From: Rhodobacterales bacterium | GTDB lineage: Bacteria > Pseudomonadota > Alphaproteobacteria > Rhodobacterales > Rhodobacteraceae | Reading direction: 5' to 3' | Length of the DNA: 64,000 nt | Assembly: GCA_002747325.1 (NCBI GenBank) | Contig: PDOZ01000032.1 | Coordinates: forward strand, 6,962 to 70,961 | In this document: positions 27,226 to 34,447 of the stretch, piece after piece | How the letters are laid out: every line of letters starts with the position of its first letter | How positions within the stretch are numbered: position 1 is the first letter of the stretch | The notes under the pieces: model-generated | What the model saw: only the letters and a program-made list of their open reading frames with translations | Databases searched by the model: none | What the model was told of the DNA's origin: nothing | Made by a program: the position numbers and the translations under genes

Positions 27226-28230
27226 GTGCAGACCGAAACAAAGACGAGCCAGACGGAGAGCCGCAGCGCCGGGTTGCCGCAGACGCTGGCCCCGCGCAAT
27301 CCAGGGATGGCACTGGATATGGATTGGGTCATGAGCGCGGCTGCCAACACCTCCGCCATCGAGCGCCGCGCCGCCAGCATCGGCGCGCGTCGTTCGGTCA
27401 AGGGGCCGTATCAGGCCGCGTGGCTGGCCAAGGCCATTACGCTGATCGACCTGACCACCCTGTCGGGCGATGACACGCCGGGCCGGGTGCGCCGCCTTTG
27501 CGCCAAGGCCCGCCATCCGCTGCGCGCCGATCTGGCGGAGGCGATCGGGCTGGACGGGCTGACCACCGGCGCGGTCTGCGTCTATCACGACATGGTGCCC
27601 ACCGCCGCCGCCGCGCTCGCGGGGTCCGGGGTTCCGGTCGCCGCCGTATCGACCGGCTTTCCCGCCGGGCTGTCGCCCTTTTCCCTGCGCGTGGCCGAGA
27701 TCGGCGAGAGCGTGCGGGCCGGGGCGGATGAGATCGACATCGTGATTTCGCGCCGCCATGTGCTGACCGGCAACTGGCAGGCGCTTTATGACGAGATGAA
27801 AACCTTCCGCGAAGCCTGCGGCCCGGCGCATGTTAAAGCCATTCTGGCCACCGGCGAACTGGGGTCGCTGCGCAATGTCGCCCGCGCCTCGCTGATCTGC
27901 ATGATGGCGGGGGCGGATTTCATCAAGACCTCCACCGGCAAGGAAAGCGTCAACGCCACCCTGCCGGTCTCCCTGACCATGATGCGCGCCATCCGCGACT
28001 ATCACGAACGCACCGGGCAGATGGTCGGCTACAAGCCCGCCGGCGGCATTTCCAAGGCCAAAGACGCGCTGACCTATCTCGCGCTGCTGAAAGAAGAGCT
28101 GGGCGATGCCTGGCTCTCGCCGCACTATTTCCGCTTCGGCGCCTCGTCACTTCTGGGCGATATCGAGCGGCAAATCGAGCATTTCGTCACCGGCCACTAT
28201 TCCGCCGCCCACCGGCACGCACTGGGGTAA
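27226..28230 (+). CDS. deoC: Deoxyribose-phosphate aldolase (long form)
   Basis: LIDLTTLSGDDT...EIDIVISR...ADFIKTSTGK (Schiff-base Lys context)...GYKPAGGI. I prefer the GTG 27226 start, 5 nt after GGAGG, over the ORF-track ATG 27079. Confidence 0.86.
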   Translation: MQTETKTSQTESRSAGLPQTLAPRNPGMALDMDWVMSAAANTSAIERRAASIGARRSVKGPYQAAWLAKAITLIDLTTLSGDDTPGRVRRLCAKARHPLRADLAEAIGLDGLTTGAVCVYHDMVPTAAAALAGSGVPVAAVSTGFPAGLSPFSLRVAEIGESVRAGADEIDIVISRRHVLTGNWQALYDEMKTFREACGPAHVKAILATGELGSLRNVARASLICMMAGADFIKTSTGKESVNATLPVSLTMMRAIRDYHERTGQMVGYKPAGGISKAKDALTYLALLKEELGDAWLSPHYFRFGASSLLGDIERQIEHFVTGHYSAAHRHALG

Positions 28231-28234
28231 AGAC

Positions 28235-30601
28235 ATGAACATCAAGGATATTTTCGAAAACATGGACTACGGCACCGCCCCCGAAAGCGCCAGCGAGGCC
28301 CGCGACTGGATTGCGGCGAAAGGCCCGTTTGGCCACTTCATCGGCGGCGCAATGACCGCCCCCGCCGCGACCTTCGCCACGCGCAACCCCGCCACCGGCG
28401 AAGAGCTGGCGCAGATCTCGCAGGGCAGCGCCAAGGATATCGACCGCGCGGTGAAAGCCGCCCGGCGCGCGCAGAAGGGTTGGGCCGCGTTGTCCGGTCA
28501 TGCCCGCGCCCGGTTCCTCTATGCCATCGCCCGGCTGGTGCAAAAACACGCCCGGCTGTTCGCGGTGCTGGAAAGTCTGGACAATGGAAAGCCGATCCGC
28601 GAGGCGCGCGATGTCGATATCCCGCTGGTAGCGCGGCATTTTTATTACCACGCGGGCATGGCGCAGCTATCGGACAGCGAGCTTCAGGGCCGCGAACCGC
28701 TCGGCGTTGCCGGGCAGATCATCCCGTGGAATTTCCCGCTGCTGATGCTGGCGTGGAAGGTCGCGCCCGCCATTGCGATGGGCAACACGGTGGTGCTGAA
28801 ACCGGCGGAGTTTACCTCCCTGACCGCCCTGCTTTTCGCGCAGATCTGCACCGAGGCCGGGCTGCCCGCAGGCGTGGTCAACATCGTCACCGGCGACGGC
28901 GAAACCGGCGCGGCGCTGACCGCGCATGAGGGCATCGACAAGATCGCCTTCACCGGCTCGACCGAGGTTGGCCGCCTCATCCGCCGCGCCACCGCCGGGC
29001 GGGGCGTTTCCCTGACCCTCGAACTGGGTGGCAAGTCGCCCTACATCGTGTTCGACGACGCCGATCTCGACAGTGCGGTTGAGGGGCTGGTCGATGCGAT
29101 CTGGTTCAATCAGGGGCAGGTCTGCTGCGCCGGCTCGCGGCTTTTGGTGCAGGAAGGCATCGAAACGCGGTTTCTCGACAAGCTGAAGGCGCGGATGGCG
29201 AAGTTGCGCGTGGGTGATCCGCTGGACAAGTCGGTGGATGTGGGTGCGGTGGTCGATCCGAGCCAGCTCGAGACCATCACCCGCATGGTGGCGGAAGGCG
29301 GCGCGGAGGGCGAGGTGTATCAAGCCCCCGGCGCCCTGCCCGAAACGGGCTGTTTTTACCCCCCGACCCTGATCACCGGGCTCGGTTCCTCCGCCCGGCT
29401 GATGCAGGAAGAAATCTTCGGCCCGGTGCTGGTTGCCATGTCGTTTCGCACCCCGGCGGAGGCGGTGGCGCTGGCCAATAACAGCCGCTACGGGCTGGCC
29501 GCCACGGTCTGGTCGGAAAACATCAACCTCGCGCTGGACATCGCGCCGAAACTGGCGGCGGGCGTGGTCTGGATCAACGGCACCAATATGTTCGACGCCG
29601 CCGCGGGCTTTGGCGGCGTGCGCGAAAGCGGCTTTGGGCGCGAAGGTGGCTGGGAGGGGCTGGAGGCCTATACCAAGCCGCGCGCCAAGGGGCGCAAAAA
29701 CCCGGCCATCGCGCCGGTTGCGCCCGCCAAAGCGCCCGATGCGCCAGACCTCGACCGCACCGCTAAGCTCTTCATCGGCGGCAAGCAAACCCGCCCCGAT
29801 GGGGGCTATTCGCAGCCGGTTTATGCCCCCAAAGGCGCGCTCATCGGCCATATGGGCATCGCCGGGCGCAAGGATCTGCGCAACGCGGTGGAAGCGGCGC
29901 GCAAGGCCAGCGGCTGGTCCGCCGCCACCGCCCATCTGCGGGCGCAAATCCTGTTCTACATCGCGGAAAACCTCTCCGCCCGCGCTGGGGAATTTGCCAC
30001 GCGCATAGATCAGATGACGGGCAAGAAGGGCGGCGCGGAGGAAGTTGAACGCGCCATCGACCGGCTGTTCAGCTACGGCGCCTGGGCCGACAAGCTCGAC
30101 GGCGCGGCCAAGCCGGTGCCCCTGCGCGGGGTGGCGCTGGCGATGCACGAGCCGGTCGGCGTTATCGGCGCGCTGGCCCCAGATGAATTGCCGCTGTTGG
30201 GGCTGGTCTCGCTGATCGCGCCGGCCATCGCCATGGGCAACCGCATGGTGATCGGCGCTTCGCAGCCCTACCCCCTCGCCGCCACCGATTTCTATCAGGT
30301 GTTGGAAACGTCTGACCTGCCGGGCGGCGTAGTGAATATCCTGACCGGCCCGCATGAGGGGTTCGCCAAGGCGATGGCGGGGCATCTCGATGTGGACGCG
30401 GTGTGGAACTTCTCGTCCGCCGGGCTGGACACCATGATCGAGACCGAAAGCGCGGGCAACCTGAAGCGGGTCTGGGGCGGCGCCATGCCGGACTGGATGA
30501 CCCCGGAGGGCGAGGGCCGCGCCATTCTTGCGCAGGCGACGGAGATCAAGACGACGTGGATCCCCTATGGCGAGGGGATGTGGAACGGGTCTTCGTATTA
30601 G
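28235..30601 (+). CDS. Aldehyde dehydrogenase fused to a second, truncated ALDH-like module (788 aa)
   Basis: The first 480 aa form a complete ALDH (WNFPLLM, ELGGKSP, QGQVCCAGSR). After a Pro/Ala linker, residues from about 511 repeat an ALDH NAD-binding-type half (LFIGGKQ...ALAPDELPLLG...VWNFSSAG) without a catalytic Cys. Start at ATG 28235, 4 nt after the deoC stop. Confidence 0.86.
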   Translation: MNIKDIFENMDYGTAPESASEARDWIAAKGPFGHFIGGAMTAPAATFATRNPATGEELAQISQGSAKDIDRAVKAARRAQKGWAALSGHARARFLYAIARLVQKHARLFAVLESLDNGKPIREARDVDIPLVARHFYYHAGMAQLSDSELQGREPLGVAGQIIPWNFPLLMLAWKVAPAIAMGNTVVLKPAEFTSLTALLFAQICTEAGLPAGVVNIVTGDGETGAALTAHEGIDKIAFTGSTEVGRLIRRATAGRGVSLTLELGGKSPYIVFDDADLDSAVEGLVDAIWFNQGQVCCAGSRLLVQEGIETRFLDKLKARMAKLRVGDPLDKSVDVGAVVDPSQLETITRMVAEGGAEGEVYQAPGALPETGCFYPPTLITGLGSSARLMQEEIFGPVLVAMSFRTPAEAVALANNSRYGLAATVWSENINLALDIAPKLAAGVVWINGTNMFDAAAGFGGVRESGFGREGGWEGLEAYTKPRAKGRKNPAIAPVAPAKAPDAPDLDRTAKLFIGGKQTRPDGGYSQPVYAPKGALIGHMGIAGRKDLRNAVEAARKASGWSAATAHLRAQILFYIAENLSARAGEFATRIDQMTGKKGGAEEVERAIDRLFSYGAWADKLDGAAKPVPLRGVALAMHEPVGVIGALAPDELPLLGLVSLIAPAIAMGNRMVIGASQPYPLAATDFYQVLETSDLPGGVVNILTGPHEGFAKAMAGHLDVDAVWNFSSAGLDTMIETESAGNLKRVWGGAMPDWMTPEGEGRAILAQATEIKTTWIPYGEGMWNGSSY

Positions 30602-30622
30602 AGTTTAGTCGCACCGGCCTCT

Positions 30623-30644
30623 TGCCCGGCGGCATCGCCGGGCA
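30623..30644. terminator. GC-rich hairpin between convergent genes (possible terminator)
   Basis: TGCCCGGCG-GCAT-CGCCGGGCA has a 9-bp stem. A second GC hairpin follows. There is no clear U-tract. Confidence 0.35.
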
Positions 30645-30736
30645 GCGCCCGACCGCCCCCACCGGGCGGGCGCTTCTCGCCCACCCGTGCGGCCGGGCAC
30701 TGCCCTCTGAACAGGACAAATACCCGTAAAACGGCC

Positions 30737-32017
30737 CTACCCCAACAACTCCTCCAGCACCAACGCCATCACCTTGGCGCTGTCCACCATATCCTCAACC
30801 CCGATCCACTCATCCGGCTGATGCGCCAAATCCAGCACCCCCGGCCCATAGGCGATGCAATTCTTCAGCCGCCCGATGCGGTCGATATGCTTCTGATCAT
30901 ACGTTCCCGGCGACACGACAAATTCCGGCGCCGCGCCCAGAACCTTCTCAATCGCCGCCGCCGTTGACCGCACCACCGGCGCATCCTCGTCGGTCATGGA
31001 CGGGATCACCTCGTGCAACTCGCGCACCTCATAAGAGAAGCCCGGCCGCTCGACGCGGATTTTCTCCAGCATTTCAGACACTTCGCGTTTCACATCCTCA
31101 ATGCTTTCCTCCAGCAGGAACCGCCGGTCCAACACGATGCGGCACCGATCCGCCACGCAGGGCGCCGGGAACCCATTAAAGCCCGGCGCCATTTCCGGCT
31201 CGCCGCCATGAATGGAATTGATGTTGAGCGTCGATTGCCGCGCGCCTTCGGGCACCACCGGCATCTCGGTGCGTTTGCTGGCCAGAAGCGGCAACAGGTG
31301 ATGCTCGATCTGCTCCAGCACCGCGCCCATATGGTTAATCGCGCTATCGCCCAGAAACGGCATCGAACCATGCGCAATGCGCCCGTGGGTCTCGATTTCC
31401 GCCCACCAAACCCCGCGATGACCAAGGCAAATCCGGTCCTTGTTGAGCGGCTCCGGGATGATGACATGCTGCACCCGGTCCGGGCTGAAATAGCCTTGCT
31501 CGGCCAGATAAGCCACCCCGCCATACCCACCGCTCTCCTCGTCTGCGGTGGCGGAAATCTCGATGGCGCCGGCAAAATCGGGACACGCGGCGATGAAGGC
31601 TTCCGCCGCAATCACCGCCGTGGCAATGCCGCCCTTCATGTCACAAGCGCCGCGCCCGTAAATCCGGCCCCCGTCCAACTCGCCGCCAAACGGATCGCGG
31701 GTCCAGCCATTGCCGACCTCAACCACGTCATGATGGCCGTTGAAATGCACACATTCGCCGGGCCGCACCCCCTCGAACCGCGCCACCATATTCCAGCGCG
31801 GATATTGCGGCCCATCGCCGGGCGCCCCCTCGGCGCGGATATATTCCACCGACCAGCCGGTTTCCTCCAGCCGCGCCCCGAGCCAGTCGCAAACCTCGCG
31901 GTATTTATGCCCCGGCGGGTTCAGGGTCGGGATGCGGATCAATCCCTGCGTCAACTCAATCAGCGCTGTCCGCCGCGCCTCGATCTCTGCGGTAATCTGG
32001 TGTGCTACATCTTTCAT
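30737..32017 (-). CDS. M20 family metallopeptidase (ArgE/DapE/ACY1-like deacylase)
   Basis: 426-aa ORF with FNGHHDVV, GRGACDMKGG and ADEESGG metal-ligand motifs. Confidence 0.85.
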   Translation of the reverse strand: MKDVAHQITAEIEARRTALIELTQGLIRIPTLNPPGHKYREVCDWLGARLEETGWSVEYIRAEGAPGDGPQYPRWNMVARFEGVRPGECVHFNGHHDVVEVGNGWTRDPFGGELDGGRIYGRGACDMKGGIATAVIAAEAFIAACPDFAGAIEISATADEESGGYGGVAYLAEQGYFSPDRVQHVIIPEPLNKDRICLGHRGVWWAEIETHGRIAHGSMPFLGDSAINHMGAVLEQIEHHLLPLLASKRTEMPVVPEGARQSTLNINSIHGGEPEMAPGFNGFPAPCVADRCRIVLDRRFLLEESIEDVKREVSEMLEKIRVERPGFSYEVRELHEVIPSMTDEDAPVVRSTAAAIEKVLGAAPEFVVSPGTYDQKHIDRIGRLKNCIAYGPGVLDLAHQPDEWIGVEDMVDSAKVMALVLEELLG

Positions 32018-32046
32018 ACCCCGACGCTAGGCAAGCCGCGCCCTTC

Positions 32047-32074
32047 GCGCAAGCCTTGGCGCGCAAGCCTTGGC
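32047..32074. repeat. Perfect tandem duplication of the 14-mer GCGCAAGCCTTGGC
   Basis: Read directly at 32047-32060 and 32061-32074, in the region between the M20 gene start and the 32175 operon. Confidence 0.8.
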
Positions 32075-32112
32075 GAGAAAAACCCGGCGGGCGGGCGGTT
32101 TTTGCTGCCAAA

Positions 32113-32143
32113 TCTTTGAAATCGCGCTAACGTGGCCCATATC
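32113..32143 (+). promoter_or_regulatory. Sigma-32 (RpoH)-like promoter motif TCTTTGAA-N14-GCCCATATC
   Basis: It has the same architecture as the motif upstream of hsp20 in this window (CCCTTGAA-N14-CCCTAGATA) and resembles the classical CCCTTGAA-N13-15-CCCCATNTA consensus. It ends 31 nt before ATG 32175. Confidence 0.35.
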
Positions 32144-32174
32144 ATGTTACACGGCTTTACTTTGAGGGGGAAAA

Positions 32175-33254
32175 ATGGCGCAGACGTTCGAACAGCAAAT
32201 CGAGGCCAGCCAGAAGCAGGTCGCCGACGCGCAGGCAAAAATCGCGGAACTGACCACGCGTATTGAAACCACGCGCGCCAAGCTGGATTCCGGCGAGGAT
32301 GTGACCATCGACATCGAAAACGCCACCCTTGAGGACGTCGACGCCCATACCAAGGTGATGAACGCCAATATCGCCGAACTGATCATGGGGCTGGACGACG
32401 TAACCGCCGGATTTTCCAAAGATTTTGACGAGATACGCAACAAGACGGCGTGGGAAAGCTTCGTCGGCATTTTCTCCAAAGGCAAGTCGGAAAGCCTGCG
32501 TCAGGAACGGATGCGCACCGCGTCGATTGACGACAAATTGCAGGATCTGATCGGCAAATCCGACGTGATCGTAAACCTGTTGCAGGGCCAGCTTGCGATG
32601 CTGGAGCAGCAGAAAACCAAGGTGGAAGAAAACCTGAGCCTGACGCTGGACGACCGGGAAATGACCGTCGCGGAGCTGGAAAGCCTGCGCGCTGAGATCA
32701 AGGCGATGGACCCGCAGATCATCGAGCTGGAAAACCGCATCGCCTCGACGACGGACGCCGCCGAGCGCACCAAGCTGGAGACCGAACTGGCGGAAATCAA
32801 CGGTCGGTTCAACGAATTGGTGCAGCAGGAACAGGTCAAACTTGCGCGTTCGCAGACGCTGGAACGCTATATCGAGAAGGGCAAGACCTGGGTCGACAGC
32901 CTGCAAAATCAGGCGGCAACGCAGATGGTGCTGATCAACAAGCTGGAAACCGACACCAAGCAGCGGGTCGTGCTGTATGACGCCCTGTTGAAGTCGCTCA
33001 AAACCGCGCAGCAACAGGACATCGCGCACCGGATCAACGAGATCGGCGTCGAGACCGACAAGGAAGCGCAGGCGGCAATGGCGGCGATCGGCACCGCGAC
33101 CAATCAGAAGATGGCCGACATGATGGAAGCGCATGAGGAACACATGGTCTTCGCCCGCGACGTGCTGGAAGCCAAGGCGCGTGCCGACGAACGCTTCGCC
33201 CGCCGCTTCGCCGAGATCGTAGAGAAGCACGACAAGAATCTCTATGGGGCGTAA
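32175..33254 (+). CDS. Long coiled-coil protein, TelA (toxic anion resistance)/PspA-like
   Basis: 359 aa, rich in E/K/Q/L/A with long heptad-like stretches (LEQQKTKVEENLSL..., ELESLRAEIKAM..., ELAEINGRFNELVQQEQVKLARSQTLERYIEKGK). The segment FVGIFSKGKSESLRQERMRTASIDDKLQDLIGKSDVIVNLL recalls the TelA N-terminal core. No TM helix or signal peptide. The family call is tentative. Confidence 0.55.
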   Translation: MAQTFEQQIEASQKQVADAQAKIAELTTRIETTRAKLDSGEDVTIDIENATLEDVDAHTKVMNANIAELIMGLDDVTAGFSKDFDEIRNKTAWESFVGIFSKGKSESLRQERMRTASIDDKLQDLIGKSDVIVNLLQGQLAMLEQQKTKVEENLSLTLDDREMTVAELESLRAEIKAMDPQIIELENRIASTTDAAERTKLETELAEINGRFNELVQQEQVKLARSQTLERYIEKGKTWVDSLQNQAATQMVLINKLETDTKQRVVLYDALLKSLKTAQQQDIAHRINEIGVETDKEAQAAMAAIGTATNQKMADMMEAHEEHMVFARDVLEAKARADERFARRFAEIVEKHDKNLYGA

Positions 33255-33289
33255 CAGGAGCCGGTGGATGAACGGGAAGGAACAGCCCC

Positions 33290-34432
33290 ATGCCCGCCGG
33301 TGAGACCCGCCCGGAAAGCACGAAGGGTGCGCACCTGAGCGAGTCATCCGTTTCCCGGCGCTACTTCGCCAAATTCGCGGCGATCACGGACCATCTGGGC
33401 CGGGTGGCGGCGATGATGGAAGCGGAGGGGGCGTTCAGCCGCGAGGAGGTGGAAATCCTCGCGCGCTATATCCTTGCGCTGCGCTTCACCTTCCGCGCTC
33501 TGGGTTACAAATACCATATGTCCGGCCTGGCGGAAAACAGCGGGCGCATCGCCATTGACCGCACCGACAGCGGCTTTCCGGTCCATGCCGAACTGTTGCA
33601 AATGGCGGCGGATGCGGCGCAGGCGAGCAAGCACCTGAAACACAGCAAACCGCCCGCGGAGTTGAAAGCGGAGATGGTGCGGCGCATCGTCGGCGATCTC
33701 GAACACCCGACGCGGCTGCAATACGCCCTCTCGCAGCGGCTCTATTACGAGGAAATCGCCCGTGGCGATCTGTTCTGGCCGCAAATGGACCCGGACGCGC
33801 TGTGGCTTGGCAACGAGGAACGCGCGGGCACCTTGCGGCGGCGCTATCTCGTGCATTGGGCCGTCTATGACAGCGGACTGAACGTGCCGACCATTTATCT
33901 GATGGAGGTCGAGGATACGGGCAAAATCGCCCTGCCGCGCGACGAAAACCGCTGGCCGGAAGTGCAGACGCATCTGATGGCGCAGGCGGTGGCGGGGCTG
34001 AAACTTGTCACCATCGCCTCCGGGTTTGACAAGGATTTCGACCACTTACACCCCAAGACCCTGCGCCGCATCCATATCGGCCCGATGTATAGCCACAGCT
34101 ACACGCAGCAAAGCGGCCCGATCCGCGACGTGTTAGACAAAGCGCGCGCGCCGGAAGGGGAGGATTGGGCGCTGGCCTGGACGGTCGAGGCGCTGGAAAG
34201 CGCGTCGGTAACGCTGGAAAAATCCGGCTGGTTCAGCTCGGTTGAGCGCGAGATTTTCGCCATTGATCCACTGTCGGCGCAGAGCGTCGAGACCGGGGCG
34301 ACCCGCATCGAACGCGCCCTGATCCTGCCGCAGCGCCCGTATCAGGTTCTGGCGGAACAAGACCCGCCGGGTTTTCGGGGCTTGCGTAAATTCGTTGTCA
34401 GCCCGTCCGGCCGCGTCCTTTCTTATCGTTGA
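33290..34432 (+). CDS. Hypothetical protein (380 aa), no recognisable domain
   Basis: Good coding look (GC3-rich, GGAAGGA upstream of the ATG) and an operon position between the coiled-coil and AAA genes. I recognise no motifs. Confidence 0.7.
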   Translation: MPAGETRPESTKGAHLSESSVSRRYFAKFAAITDHLGRVAAMMEAEGAFSREEVEILARYILALRFTFRALGYKYHMSGLAENSGRIAIDRTDSGFPVHAELLQMAADAAQASKHLKHSKPPAELKAEMVRRIVGDLEHPTRLQYALSQRLYYEEIARGDLFWPQMDPDALWLGNEERAGTLRRRYLVHWAVYDSGLNVPTIYLMEVEDTGKIALPRDENRWPEVQTHLMAQAVAGLKLVTIASGFDKDFDHLHPKTLRRIHIGPMYSHSYTQQSGPIRDVLDKARAPEGEDWALAWTVEALESASVTLEKSGWFSSVEREIFAIDPLSAQSVETGATRIERALILPQRPYQVLAEQDPPGFRGLRKFVVSPSGRVLSYR

Positions 34433-34447
34433 ATTTCAGGGGGTTAT

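Noticed and set aside
28667-30385. 572-aa minus-strand ORF
   Set aside because: It is antisense to the fused aldehyde dehydrogenase. It is a shadow ORF.
32075-32105. Possible terminator AAAAACC-N12-GGTTTTT downstream of the tandem 14-mer
   Set aside because: The stem is mostly A-U with a 12-nt GC-rich loop. It lies upstream of, not after, both flanking genes, so a terminator role is not supported.
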